Virus record (IMG/VR): IMGVR_UViG_3300027769_000023
Coordinates: 1-64,000 of that record
Length of the DNA stretch: 64,000 nt
Direction: 5' to 3' (one strand)
Source: a virus
Lineage: Duplodnaviria > Caudoviricetes
Shown: positions 44,739 to 54,854 of the stretch, in pieces
How positions within the stretch are numbered: position 1 is the first letter of the stretch
Layout of the letters: each line of letters begins with the position of its first letter
The notes under the pieces: generated by a model
Databases searched by the model: none
What the model saw: the letters and a program-made list of their open reading frames with translations, nothing else
Told to the model about the DNA's origin: nothing
Made by a program: the position numbers and the translations under genes

Positions 44739-45229
44739 TTCCAGGTAACAAAAAGGTATGGTTCTTAAATGGTGAACTTGTTAGGATACATCATTACAAT
44801 AAATCAAATGGAATAATGTCTGTTTACAATATTACAAAGGGACAGATTGAAAGTTGTTTAATTAGTGATTTTAGAAGTAAAAGAGAAAGAGCGTATACAG
44901 TTGGTCAGACTGCAGAACTTGTCAATAGACATAAAAAATATATGCCATCTTTAATGAAGCGAGGAGTTATTCCTTTTCCAACTGGTTCTCAAAAAGGAGG
45001 GGCAAGAGGGTTTCAAGTAAGATCATATTACTCTGAGTCGCAAGTAAAAGAGATTCGTGATATCCTTGCTACTATGCATATTGGTAGACCAAGAAAAGAT
45101 AATTTAATTACAAATGATATTACACCCAGCAGACAAGAGTTGACACGTCGTATGGGGGATGGTATACTTACATATACGAGAACAGAAGATGGTAGGTTTA
45201 TTCCTATCTGGAGTGAATCTATTAACTAA
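44684..45229 (+). CDS. DNA-binding protein (MerR-like HTH)
   Basis: AYTVGQTAELVNRH...LMKRGVIP...RSYYSESQV; CAGGAGG SD. Confidence 0.6.
   Translation: MATTKGNLESEAYNVAPVIPGNKKVWFLNGELVRIHHYNKSNGIMSVYNITKGQIESCLISDFRSKRERAYTVGQTAELVNRHKKYMPSLMKRGVIPFPTGSQKGGARGFQVRSYYSESQVKEIRDILATMHIGRPRKDNLITNDITPSRQELTRRMGDGILTYTRTEDGRFIPIWSESIN
45140..45168 (+). promoter_or_regulatory. Near-consensus promoter TTGACA-N17-TATACT inside the HTH gene, facing the replication genes
   Basis: Exact spacing counted; TGG precedes the -10. Confidence 0.75.
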
Positions 45230-45250
45230 CCCTTGGGAGGGGTAAATAAA

Positions 45251-45478
45251 ATGTCAGACAGCAATTATGTAGTAACAAACGAACCAACAAAGGTATCCGT
45301 AACACTTGGATACACGTTAAACCTTGGCAATTTTCAGTCGCTTAGACTTGATCTTGGCATCATTGATAATAAAAGAGATGGCGAGAATACAAACGAAGCA
45401 TTTGAGCGTGTGTATAAGTTTGTAGAAGATAAGTTAACTGAAAAGATTAACGAAGCAAAGTCTGAAATTAACGAGTAA
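45251..45478 (+). CDS. Hypothetical protein
   Basis: GGAGG SD; VSVTLGYTLNLGNFQSLRLD. Confidence 0.7.
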   Translation: MSDSNYVVTNEPTKVSVTLGYTLNLGNFQSLRLDLGIIDNKRDGENTNEAFERVYKFVEDKLTEKINEAKSEINE

Positions 45479-45786
45479 TGGCTGAACGCAAAGACCGAAT
45501 GGCTTTGCTATCACGCTACAGCAAGTTCCATACTACAAGGTATGAGCAAAAGCCATCACTTAATCTAAACGTCGAGCAGTGGGCATCTGATGCCCTTATA
45601 GAGTCATATGGCATTGGAGTGTGTTATGATTTACTTGAGTATTACTTTAGTGTTTCTCAGTCTCCTTCTTGGAACTACTTTGCGTACAATGCAGAAAAAA
45701 TATTTCAAGCAAGACTAGATAGACAAAAAGATGACAAAGAAAGAATAGAGCGTAGACGAATGGCTAAGGAGTGGCTAAGTGAATAA
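45478..45786 (+). CDS. Hypothetical protein (possible helicase loader/initiator)
   Basis: Coupled directly upstream of the helicase; function inferred from position only. Confidence 0.5.
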   Translation: MAERKDRMALLSRYSKFHTTRYEQKPSLNLNVEQWASDALIESYGIGVCYDLLEYYFSVSQSPSWNYFAYNAEKIFQARLDRQKDDKERIERRRMAKEWLSE

Positions 45787-46999
45787 TACAGAAGCAAAAC
45801 TAATTACAGCCGTATTAACTGATAAGCAAATCCATGTTCTCTTGCAGGCCAATGTTGATAATCTTCTTCGCACACATAATGATATTTGGACATTTATTCG
45901 CAATTACTTTGAGCACAACAGCGCAGCGCCACCACTAGATCTTGTTGTTGATAAGTTTAGAGACTTCCAACCAATTCAGGGGATTGGAGCAACAAAGCAT
46001 CACCTAGAAGAACTTCAAACTGAATATTTAAATGATAGTCTAAAGGATATAATTCGAACTGCTGCTTCAGATGTACAGTCTGGTAATGGTAATGATGCAT
46101 TAGATAATTTAATTACAAAGACTTCTGAGTTAAAGAAAAATACTTCTGCCATTCGTGACATTGATGTTACAGACTTAGAGTCAGCAATTGCATATTTTGA
46201 AAATGTAAAAGAACAAAAGGCACTTGGTATATCTGGTATTAAGACTGGACTTCCAGGGTTTGACAATTATCTTCCTGCTGGAATTATGCCAGGACAACTT
46301 GGAGTGTTCTTAGCATATCCAGGAATTGGTAAATCCTGGCTTGCTCTTTATTTTGCAGTGCAAGCATGGAAACAAGGAAAGTCTCCAATGATCATTTCTT
46401 TAGAAATGTCTGAGACAGAAGTTCGCAATCGTGTATTTACAATTATGGGTGAGGGACTTTGGTCTCATAGAAAAATTTCTAATGGTGAGATTGAAATGGA
46501 TATGCTAAAGTCTTGGCATGCAAAGAATCTTGCTGGTAAGCCAGAGTTTCATATTATTTCAAATGATCAGGGTGGAGAAATCACTCCTTCTGTTCTTCGT
46601 GGAAAGATTGATCAGTACAAGCCAGACTTTGTGATTGTTGACTACTTGCAGTTGATGAGCCCAAATCAAAAGGCAGATAATGAAACGGTACGAATGAAAA
46701 ACCTATCAAGAGAACTTAAACTTATGGCTATTGGAGAAGAAGTTCCGATTATCGCCATTTCCTCTGCAACACCAGATGATGTTAATGATCTTAGTTCCGT
46801 ACCAACCCTAGGTCAGACTGCATGGTCAAGGCAGATTGCCTACGATGCAGACTGGGTTCTAGCACTTGGCCGAGCAACAAATAGTGATATTATTGAATGT
46901 GCTTTCCGTAAAAACCGTAATGGGTATATGGGGGACTTCCTTGTACAATGCGATTTTGACAAGGGATACTATAGATACAAAGACTTTGAGGATAAGTAA
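45779..46999 (+). CDS. dnaB: DnaB-like replicative helicase
   Basis: AYPGIGKS (Walker A), SLEMS, VIVDYLQLM, IAYDAD, KNRNG; GTG start. Confidence 0.92.
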   Translation: MNNTEAKLITAVLTDKQIHVLLQANVDNLLRTHNDIWTFIRNYFEHNSAAPPLDLVVDKFRDFQPIQGIGATKHHLEELQTEYLNDSLKDIIRTAASDVQSGNGNDALDNLITKTSELKKNTSAIRDIDVTDLESAIAYFENVKEQKALGISGIKTGLPGFDNYLPAGIMPGQLGVFLAYPGIGKSWLALYFAVQAWKQGKSPMIISLEMSETEVRNRVFTIMGEGLWSHRKISNGEIEMDMLKSWHAKNLAGKPEFHIISNDQGGEITPSVLRGKIDQYKPDFVIVDYLQLMSPNQKADNETVRMKNLSRELKLMAIGEEVPIIAISSATPDDVNDLSSVPTLGQTAWSRQIAYDADWVLALGRATNSDIIECAFRKNRNGYMGDFLVQCDFDKGYYRYKDFEDK

Positions 47000-47008
47000 A
47001 CATATGGG

Positions 47009-47014
47009 TATAAT
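47009..47014 (+). promoter_or_regulatory. -10 element (TATAAT), leaderless transcript
   Basis: ATG 47021 lies 6 nt downstream. Confidence 0.6.
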
Positions 47015-47020
47015 TAATGT

Positions 47021-47347
47021 ATGGCAAATTATCATCACAAGCCAATTAAAAAGTTTAGTCTGGATGGCGTAATCCACGATGACTCTGCTATTGGTAGGCT
47101 TAAAGGGGAGTACATTAGACTTGTCGTATCGGAGATGCGACTGTGTGGCTATGTGCCCAGATTTGACATTGAGCCAGTTTTTACGATAGACTACATTGAG
47201 AATAAAAAATGTTTTAACTTTGAATTATCAATACACGGAGTATACGCAGGGAAAAGGAAAAGCGAATGGATAGCAGGAATAGACGTAAACAAGGCAATAG
47301 TTATACCAAAGACCAAATCCAAAGAGTTATCACAGGAGCAGGTCTAG
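47021..47347 (+). CDS. Hypothetical protein
   Basis: 108-aa ORF with a leaderless promoter; overlaps the primase start by 82 nt. Confidence 0.65.
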   Translation: MANYHHKPIKKFSLDGVIHDDSAIGRLKGEYIRLVVSEMRLCGYVPRFDIEPVFTIDYIENKKCFNFELSIHGVYAGKRKSEWIAGIDVNKAIVIPKTKSKELSQEQV

Positions 47348-48210
47348 ACGTTGAATCAGAAGTAGATTCTGATTATATTATTTTCTGTCCATTTCATGCA
47401 AATAACAGAACTCCAGCAGGAGAAGTAGACAAGAACAATGGAACATTTTTTTGTTTCTCATGTCAAAAGGTTGCAGATTTAGTAGAATTAGTTATGCATG
47501 TTTCTGGAAGAACCTACTTTGAGTCTATTCGATTTATTAAAAACAAAGAGCAAGAAGGAAACTTAGAGCAAGAAGTAAATAAGCAGTTATATAAAAAGCC
47601 AGACTTCGTACCATTCGATGAATTAATTCTTAAAAGACTTTACAATAATTTACTAACGTCTGACAGAGCAAAAGATTATTTTAAATATAGAAAACTTGAA
47701 ACTACCTCATGGGCAAAGTTTTCATTGGGTTACTCAGAAAAACAAGACATGGTTACTGTTCCAGTTCATAGTCCAGATGGAATACCAGTTGGATTTGTTG
47801 GAAGATCTATTGAGGGTAAAGAATTTAAAAATACACCTGGACTTCCTAAATCAAAAACGCTGTTTAACCTTAACAGAGTAAAGACTGCAGATCGTGTATA
47901 CGTGGTAGAGTCATCGTTTGATGCTATTAGACTTGATCAGATAGGCTTTCCAGCAGTAGCAACACTTGGAGCAAATGTCTCCAACATACAAATAGAATTG
48001 CTTCAAAAGTATTTCAATAACATTATTGTTATTGCAGATAACGATGAGGCAGGAGGAAACATGAAAAGCAAGATACTTGAAAAACTTGGTTCTCGTGTTT
48101 CTGTTATTAAATTAGATAAACAATATAAAGATATAGGCGACATGACAGACGAGGAAATAAAGAAGTTAGACTTCCAGTTTGACAAATCTATCATGGCTAT
48201 GCTAAACTAA
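47266..48210 (+). CDS. dnaG: DNA primase (CHC2 zinc finger + TOPRIM)
   Basis: CPFH...CFSC, VVESSFDAI, VATLG, ADNDEAG, YKDIGDM. Confidence 0.92.
   Translation: MDSRNRRKQGNSYTKDQIQRVITGAGLDVESEVDSDYIIFCPFHANNRTPAGEVDKNNGTFFCFSCQKVADLVELVMHVSGRTYFESIRFIKNKEQEGNLEQEVNKQLYKKPDFVPFDELILKRLYNNLLTSDRAKDYFKYRKLETTSWAKFSLGYSEKQDMVTVPVHSPDGIPVGFVGRSIEGKEFKNTPGLPKSKTLFNLNRVKTADRVYVVESSFDAIRLDQIGFPAVATLGANVSNIQIELLQKYFNNIIVIADNDEAGGNMKSKILEKLGSRVSVIKLDKQYKDIGDMTDEEIKKLDFQFDKSIMAMLN
48179..48208 (+). promoter_or_regulatory. Promoter TTGACA-N18-TAAACT in the last codons of the primase gene
   Basis: TGC precedes the -10; AAGGAG SD; ATG 48236. Confidence 0.65.
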
Positions 48211-48235
48211 TATACACGACACAAAGGAGAACACT

Positions 48236-48889
48236 ATGAGCGTAATTAAGGGATTAAAAGATATCAACGCCCTGCTCGAAAAACCAAAATATGAAGGAAC
48301 AGGACAGAAAGTTCGCTGGGTTAAACTAGCGGATGCACAATCTGCAAAGATTAGATTTGTAGAAGAACTAGACCAAGACTCAGCAAACTTTTCAGAAGAC
48401 CGTGGTCTTTCTGTTGTTGTTGCAGAGCATACAAACCCAAAGGACTACAAGCGCAAGGCTGCTTGCACAATGGATTCAGAGGGTCGTTGCTTCGGTTGCG
48501 AAATGGCAAAGAAGGAACCAAAGTCAGGATGGCGTGCACGTCTTCGCTTTTACTGCAACGTGTTGATTAATGATGGCACAGAAGATCCATACATTGCTGT
48601 ATGGTCTCAGGGCATATCAAAGCAATCAGCATTTAATAACATTCGTGAATATGCTCTTGATACAGGAAGCATTTCAAATCTTGAGTGGAAGTTAAAGCGT
48701 AATGGTCAGGGAACTGAAACCAATTACACACTTCTACCATCAAAGCCAGATGCAGAACCATTTGCATGGACTGGTTTTGAATTCTTCAACCTAGAAAAGG
48801 TTGTCCGTGAGGTTCCATATCCAGAGCAAGAAGCATTCTTCTTTGGATTTGATTCACCTTCTGTTACCAGCACAAACATCGACTGGTAA
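48236..48889 (+). CDS. Single-stranded DNA-binding protein (T4 gp32-like)
   Basis: H...C...C..C zinc ligands, WKLKRNGQGTETNYTLLP, acidic/aromatic C-terminus; position between primase and polymerase. Confidence 0.65.
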   Translation: MSVIKGLKDINALLEKPKYEGTGQKVRWVKLADAQSAKIRFVEELDQDSANFSEDRGLSVVVAEHTNPKDYKRKAACTMDSEGRCFGCEMAKKEPKSGWRARLRFYCNVLINDGTEDPYIAVWSQGISKQSAFNNIREYALDTGSISNLEWKLKRNGQGTETNYTLLPSKPDAEPFAWTGFEFFNLEKVVREVPYPEQEAFFFGFDSPSVTSTNIDW

Positions 48890-48892
48890 TAG

Positions 48893-51800
48893 ATGTCTTA
48901 CGTAGGCTTACACGTACATACTCACTACTCGTTATTTGACGGGATTGCTACTCCAGAAGAATACGTTGACCGTGCAGTTGAGTTAGGGATGCCAGCAATT
49001 GCCATTACTGACCACGGTACTTTATCTGGGCATAGGGAACTGCACCGTATTGCAAAAGCAAAGGGTATTAAGCCTATACTTGGCGTAGAAGGCTATATGT
49101 GTCAAGATAGATTTGATACTAGGGATAAGTCTGAGAGAGATGGAGACCTAGATCTAATTTACAACCATATAGTCCTTCTTGCCAAGAACCAAATTGGTTT
49201 AGAAAATTTAAATAAAATTAGTGAAATATCTTGGACAGAAGGCTTTTTTAAAAAGCCAAGATTTGACTTTGAAGTATTGGAAAAGTATTCAGAGGGCATC
49301 ATTGTTACTTCGGCTTGCCCAAGTAGCGTTCTGGTTAAAGCACTTGAGAATGATGAGTTTGCAGTTGCAAAGAAGTACATTGAATGGTTTAAGCGTGTAT
49401 TCAATGATGACTACTATATTGAGGTTATGCCGCATAACCCAGCAGAAATAAACAAGCAACTAATTCAGTTAGCAGATGAGTTTTCTGTAGAGGTCGTTGT
49501 AACTCCAGACTGCCATCACAGTTGTGCAGAACAAAAAGAGATTCAAGAATTTAAACTGCTTCTTAACACACACGTTAAGATTGACAAAGAGCATACATAC
49601 GAAAAGTCAAAGAAAAAAGAAAACATGATGGAACGACTTGACTACCTGTATGGAGAAGACCGTCAAATTACATTTAATAAGTTTGATATCCATCTTTTGT
49701 CTTATGAAGAGATGAAGTCTGCTATGGAAGCCCAAGGTATTGATCGACCAGACATCTATGCAAATACATTAAAGATTGCAGAAAAGATTAGTGATTATGG
49801 AATTCAAGAAGGACTAGACCTTCTTCCTGTTCAATATAAGCACCCAGACAAAGAACTTAAAGAGTTAGCCCTAGAAGGATTAAAAGAAAGAGGTCATGAA
49901 GGTGATAAGGTATACCTAGATAGACTAGATGAAGAACTAAAAGTAATCAAGGATAAGAAGTTCGGTCCATACTTTTTGGTTGTACGAAACATGATTACAT
50001 GGGCAAAGAAAGAAGGTATCATGGTTGGTCCAGGTCGTGGATCAGCAGCAGGATCATTGCTATGTTATGTCCTTAGGATTACAGACATTGACCCAATAAA
50101 ACATAACCTACTCTTCTTTCGTTTTATTAATCCAGAACGAAATGATTTTCCCGATATTGACACAGATATCCAAGACTCACGTCGTGAGGAAGTAAAAGAT
50201 TATTTAGTTAGACAATACCGACATGTAGCATCAATTGCAACATTCCTTTCATTTAAAGATAAAGGTGTTGTCCGAGATGTTGCAAGAGTTTTAAATATCC
50301 CACTTACTGATGTCAATAAAGTCCTTAAACTTGTTGATACATGGGATGAGTACTGCACATCAAAAACAACACGGGAATTCCGTGAGAAATATCCAGAGGT
50401 AGAAATATATGGGGAACAACTTCGTGGTCGTATTAGAGGTACTGGCATTCACGCTGCTGGTGTTGTCACTAGTAAAGATCCTATTTTTAGGTACGCACCA
50501 ATGGAGACACGCTCTTCTACTGGTAGCGATGAGCGCATTCCTGTTGTTGCGGTTGACATGGAAGAGGCTGAAAAGATTGGCCTTATCAAGATCGACGCAC
50601 TTGGACTTAAAACTTTAAGTGTGCTTAAGGATGCTTTGGAGATTATTAAAGAGAGAGACGGAAAACTTATTGATCCACTAGACATCCCTATGGATGATAT
50701 CCGTGTTTATCAAATGTTATCTGACGGGTATACCAAGGGAGTCTTCCAGTGTGAAGCAGCACCATATACAAATCTGCTTGTTAAGATGGGTGTAAAAAAC
50801 CTTTCAGAACTAGCAGCATCAAATGCACTAGTACGCCCTGGAGCAATGAATACAATTGGCAAGGACTATATTGAGCGCAAGCATGGTCGTCAAAATATTG
50901 GATATACTCATCAAGTATTAAAAGAATTTACGGAGGAGACATATGGCTGTATTCTTTACCAGGAACAAGTTATGCAAGCATGCGTATCGCTTGGCGGTAT
51001 GTCCATGTCGGAAGCAGACAAGGTTAGAAAGATCATTGGAAAGAAAAAAGATGCTAAAGAGTTTGATCAGTTTAAAGAGAAGTTCGTAGAGGGAGCCTCT
51101 AGGTTTCTTTCTCCAAATACTGCAAGGGATCTTTGGCACGACTTTGAGGCTCACGCAGGGTACTCATTTAACAAGTCCCACGCAGTAGCATACTCTACAT
51201 TATCTTATTGGACTGCATGGCTTAAATATCACTATCCATTAGAGTTTATGTATTCACTACTAAAAAATGAAAAGGACAAAGATGCAAGAACTGAATATCT
51301 TATTGAAGCAAAAAGAATGGGCATTAGCGTTAAACTTCCTCATATCAATGATTCAGATATTGACTTTAAGATTGAGGGTAAGGGTATTCGCTTTGGTCTA
51401 TCTGGTATTAAATATATTTCCGATAAAATTGCTGAGAAGTACATTGCAGCACGACCTTTCGATTCGTATGCTCAACTTGAGGAGTTTACGTTTACTAAGG
51501 GAAATGGAGTTAACTCTCGTGCTCTTCAAGCACTACGAATTATTGGTGCAGCAACATTCAGAGATAATCCGAGAGATGAACAAGAGATTAAAGAAAACCT
51601 ATACGACTATTTAAATCTACCAGAGTTTAATATTTCTATTCCAGCACACTATCATGCCTTTATCCAAGACATAGAAGAGTTTGAAGAAAAGGGATCTTAT
51701 ATTTTAATGGGAATGGTTAAGTCAATTAAGAGAGGCACTGGATGGTCCAGAGTCGAAGTACTAGATAAAACAGGAAGCGTAGGGATTTTTGATGACGAAC

Positions 51801-52168
51801 AAACAACTATTGAAGCAGGCTTATCGTATATCATTCTTGCTAATGATAATAGGATTCTTTCTGCTGTGCCTGTCGACTCCATAAAAGGGTCTACAACTGG
51901 ATTAATTAAATTTTTAGGATACAAGCAGTTGCCATATAAAGATGATGAGATGCTTGTTGTTTCATTTAAGCCAAGGGTTACTAAGGCTGGAAAGAAAATG
52001 GCATCTTTAACATTAGCAGATACAAGTAGAGACTTGCACTCTGTTACAGTATTCCCTACAAGTTTTGCAAAAGCATATATGACGCTAGAAGAAGGAAAGG
52101 CATATAAATTTTCTTTTGGTAAAACAAAAGATGGAACAACAATATTGGAGGATATAAATGTCGGTTAG
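48893..52168 (+). CDS. dnaE: DNA polymerase III alpha subunit
   Basis: PHP domain (HVHTHYS, TDHG, PDCH), GPGRGSAAGSL, FPDIDTD, KIDALGL, YSFNKSHA, C-terminal OB fold; no intein. Confidence 0.95.
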   Translation: MSYVGLHVHTHYSLFDGIATPEEYVDRAVELGMPAIAITDHGTLSGHRELHRIAKAKGIKPILGVEGYMCQDRFDTRDKSERDGDLDLIYNHIVLLAKNQIGLENLNKISEISWTEGFFKKPRFDFEVLEKYSEGIIVTSACPSSVLVKALENDEFAVAKKYIEWFKRVFNDDYYIEVMPHNPAEINKQLIQLADEFSVEVVVTPDCHHSCAEQKEIQEFKLLLNTHVKIDKEHTYEKSKKKENMMERLDYLYGEDRQITFNKFDIHLLSYEEMKSAMEAQGIDRPDIYANTLKIAEKISDYGIQEGLDLLPVQYKHPDKELKELALEGLKERGHEGDKVYLDRLDEELKVIKDKKFGPYFLVVRNMITWAKKEGIMVGPGRGSAAGSLLCYVLRITDIDPIKHNLLFFRFINPERNDFPDIDTDIQDSRREEVKDYLVRQYRHVASIATFLSFKDKGVVRDVARVLNIPLTDVNKVLKLVDTWDEYCTSKTTREFREKYPEVEIYGEQLRGRIRGTGIHAAGVVTSKDPIFRYAPMETRSSTGSDERIPVVAVDMEEAEKIGLIKIDALGLKTLSVLKDALEIIKERDGKLIDPLDIPMDDIRVYQMLSDGYTKGVFQCEAAPYTNLLVKMGVKNLSELAASNALVRPGAMNTIGKDYIERKHGRQNIGYTHQVLKEFTEETYGCILYQEQVMQACVSLGGMSMSEADKVRKIIGKKKDAKEFDQFKEKFVEGASRFLSPNTARDLWHDFEAHAGYSFNKSHAVAYSTLSYWTAWLKYHYPLEFMYSLLKNEKDKDARTEYLIEAKRMGISVKLPHINDSDIDFKIEGKGIRFGLSGIKYISDKIAEKYIAARPFDSYAQLEEFTFTKGNGVNSRALQALRIIGAATFRDNPRDEQEIKENLYDYLNLPEFNISIPAHYHAFIQDIEEFEEKGSYILMGMVKSIKRGTGWSRVEVLDKTGSVGIFDDEQTTIEAGLSYIILANDNRILSAVPVDSIKGSTTGLIKFLGYKQLPYKDDEMLVVSFKPRVTKAGKKMASLTLADTSRDLHSVTVFPTSFAKAYMTLEEGKAYKFSFGKTKDGTTILEDINVG

Positions 52169-53168
52169 TATAGAAGAAGCATTAGCACAACTCGATCCTA
52201 AGTTAAGGAAAAAACTTGGAAGCGGTGTAGGTATTGACTATGAGTATCAGCCAACACCTAGTTTTGGTTTAAACCGTGCTCTGGGGGGTGGCCTTCCATA
52301 TGGTAGACAAGTACTCATCTGGGGCTCAAAGTCGTCTGCAAAGTCCTCTATGTGCCTTCAAATGATTGCTCTAGCACAAGCAGAGGGAAAGTTGTGTGCT
52401 TGGATTGATTCAGAAATGTCATACTCTGAAGATTGGGCTAGACAACTTGGGGTAGACCCAGAAAAGTTAATTTATTCACAGGCAAGAACAATCAGTGACA
52501 TGGTTGACGTTGGCGTAGGGCTTATGAATGCTGGAGTTGATCTAATTGTGGTAGACTCTATTACATCAATGCTTCCAGCAATCTATTTTGAAAAAGATAC
52601 GGATGAAATGAAAGCACTAGAAAATACAAAACAGATTGGAGCAGAATCCCGTGACTTTAGTAACGCATGGAAAATGCTTAACTATGCAAACAATAAAGTT
52701 AAGCCAACTCTGCTTGTTCTTATTTCTCAGTCTCGCAACAATATCAATGCTATGTATACTAGCCAGCAGCCTTCTGGTGGTCAGGCTACTAAGTTTTATT
52801 CCTCATGTATTGTTAAACTCTTTTCTTCAGAGTCGGACAATCAAGCAATTAAGGGAAAGATCAAAGTAGGAGATAAATTGATTGAAGAAAAAGTTGGAAG
52901 AACTATCCGTTGGGAACTTCAATTTTCTAAAACATCTCCAGGATTTCAAAATGGCGAGTATGATTTTTATTTTAGAGGTGACAATATTGGACTTGACACA
53001 ATTGGTGATTTGGTGACTACAGCAGAACTAAATGGAATTGTGGAACGCACAGGTGCCTGGTATATACTTCCAGATGGATCAAAAGTACAAGGTAAAGAAG
53101 CATTCATTAATCGTGTAAGAGAGGACCTTGACTTGCAAGAATCCATCAAGAAAAAGTTAAATGGCTAG
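52158..53168 (+). CDS. recA: RecA/UvsX-like recombinase
   Basis: LGGGLPYGR, GSKSSAKS (variant P-loop), WIDSE, LIVVDSI, GGQATKFYSS, GAWY. Confidence 0.9.
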   Translation: MSVSIEEALAQLDPKLRKKLGSGVGIDYEYQPTPSFGLNRALGGGLPYGRQVLIWGSKSSAKSSMCLQMIALAQAEGKLCAWIDSEMSYSEDWARQLGVDPEKLIYSQARTISDMVDVGVGLMNAGVDLIVVDSITSMLPAIYFEKDTDEMKALENTKQIGAESRDFSNAWKMLNYANNKVKPTLLVLISQSRNNINAMYTSQQPSGGQATKFYSSCIVKLFSSESDNQAIKGKIKVGDKLIEEKVGRTIRWELQFSKTSPGFQNGEYDFYFRGDNIGLDTIGDLVTTAELNGIVERTGAWYILPDGSKVQGKEAFINRVREDLDLQESIKKKLNG

Positions 53169-53337
53169 TTACACAGTATACCCAGGAAAGTGGCCATGCC
53201 ATACATGCAAACAAGTTGTTCCTACACTGAGATGTTATGCAGAAACAAAAACTTTGACTTGGATGTGTAAAGATAAACACTTAACTACTGTATACCTTGG
53301 TAAAAGAAAGAAGAAGGACTTTGACGGAGAAGAGTGA
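53161..53337 (+). CDS. 58-aa zinc-binding microprotein
   Basis: MASYTVYPGKWPCHTCK...WMCKDKH...; CxxC...C...H; below the ORF-track cutoff. Confidence 0.6.
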   Translation: MASYTVYPGKWPCHTCKQVVPTLRCYAETKTLTWMCKDKHLTTVYLGKRKKKDFDGEE

Positions 53338-53617
53338 GAGTAAAAGAATAGGTGCTAAGCAGCACAAGAACTCAGGACGTGGTACGCACAAAGGTGATGC
53401 TTCTTGGGAAAATTTTACAGTAGACTTTAAAGAAGTTGGAAAATCCTTTACTATTAATAAAGATGTTTGGGCAAAGGCTGTGACTGATGCAATAAGAAAC
53501 GGGAATGATCCTGCAATAATTATTGCCATGGGACAGGCAAACACAAAGGTAAGACTTGCTATTGTAGAGTTTTCTATTTTAGAACAGTTAGTAGATGGTA
53601 GCAAGAGCAATGATTAA
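53321..53617 (+). CDS. Putative Holliday junction resolvase (Hjc-like PD-(D/E)XK)
   Basis: NSGRG..KGD...VDFKE..KSF; TTG start after an AAGGA SD. Confidence 0.65.
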   Translation: MTEKSESKRIGAKQHKNSGRGTHKGDASWENFTVDFKEVGKSFTINKDVWAKAVTDAIRNGNDPAIIIAMGQANTKVRLAIVEFSILEQLVDGSKSND

Positions 53618-54149
53618 CTCTGTTTATACTAACATTCTTTCAGAAGATCTTTTATTCAGCCTACAAAAAACTATTGATAATGAGTTATCTAAAAGAACAA
53701 TAAAAGATATACCAGCCAACTCTGATGGATACTCTGGAGAGTTAGACACAGATCAATTTATAAGACTAGAAAAAGGAAGAATTCAATTAGAGTTGTTCCC
53801 AATTCCAAGAGAAGTCATGAAAGCATTTAGTAAAGTTATAAAAAAGGATCATGGTCAGCACTCACTTATTGGAGCAGTTTACTGTGAGTACAATACAAAG
53901 TATGGAGAAATGTCTCTTCCTATTCATAAAGATAGAAACAAGGACAACCTTTGCTTTGATTATCAAATATCTGCAAGCATTGATTGGCCTATAGTAATTG
54001 ATAATAAAAAGTATTCTTTAGATGATAATTCTGCAGTAACCATGTGGCCAAAGGTTCAAGAGCATGGAAGAGTTATTCAGAATTTTGAGGACGGAAGTTT
54101 TGTTAAGATGTTGTTTACCTTTTGGAGAAAAAGAGGTATTGAGCAGTGA
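53610..54149 (+). CDS. 2OG-Fe(II) oxygenase, tandem copy 1
   Basis: LPIHKD...FDYQ...DWPIV...EHGR. Confidence 0.7.
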   Translation: MINSVYTNILSEDLLFSLQKTIDNELSKRTIKDIPANSDGYSGELDTDQFIRLEKGRIQLELFPIPREVMKAFSKVIKKDHGQHSLIGAVYCEYNTKYGEMSLPIHKDRNKDNLCFDYQISASIDWPIVIDNKKYSLDDNSAVTMWPKVQEHGRVIQNFEDGSFVKMLFTFWRKRGIEQ

Positions 54150-54164
54150 AAAAGGGGAAGGGTG

Positions 54165-54170
54165 TATAAT
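54165..54170 (+). promoter_or_regulatory. -10 element (TATAAT), leaderless transcript
   Basis: ATG 54177 lies 6 nt downstream. Confidence 0.65.
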
Positions 54171-54176
54171 ATAATT

Positions 54177-54833
54177 ATGAGCAACTTTGACCCAGCCATA
54201 TATAATGAGTCCTACGAAAATGGTCATGTAGACAATCGCAACTTTAAACCGTTTATTATTAATAATCTAATTACAGATACAGATGTTAATAATGTCTACA
54301 AAATGGTAAGAGATAATCCAGACGGGTTTTTATTTCAAAAGTTTGCTGGTCACAGAGCCTGGACATTAAGCGATAAAGAATTTGAGGATAGATTAAGTAA
54401 ATCTGTTAGTGACTGGCTTGGCGAAAAGGTAATACTTAGAGAATATTCTTTTGCCAGGTACTCAAATAAATTCGGGTATAAACCAAAACTATTCCCACAT
54501 TATGACACCCACAAGTTAGATGGCCAAAGAGTTACAGTAGATATACAACTAAATAAGAATGTTGAATGGCCTGTAGTCGTTGAGGGCGAGTCTTTTGTAT
54601 TTGATATAAAAGATGCTCTAGTTTTTTCTGGTACTCAGCAGGTTCATTGGAGATCCAATATGGACCTATCGGATGATGATGAGGTTGATATGATTTTTGC
54701 ACACTTTGCATATGTAGATCAAAAGCCTTGGTCAGAAAATCAAAAAGAAATTTTGGAATACTGGTCTCACAGATTACGTGAAAGAGTTGGCATATCCAAT
54801 CAGCCAGAACCAAATTCGTGGCTTAGTGTATAA
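54177..54833 (+). CDS. 2OG-Fe(II) oxygenase, tandem copy 2
   Basis: LFPHYD...DIQ..NVEWP...FSGTQQVHWR...MIFAHF. Confidence 0.75.
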   Translation: MSNFDPAIYNESYENGHVDNRNFKPFIINNLITDTDVNNVYKMVRDNPDGFLFQKFAGHRAWTLSDKEFEDRLSKSVSDWLGEKVILREYSFARYSNKFGYKPKLFPHYDTHKLDGQRVTVDIQLNKNVEWPVVVEGESFVFDIKDALVFSGTQQVHWRSNMDLSDDDEVDMIFAHFAYVDQKPWSENQKEILEYWSHRLRERVGISNQPEPNSWLSV

Positions 54834-54854
54834 TAGAGTTATAGGAGATATAAA

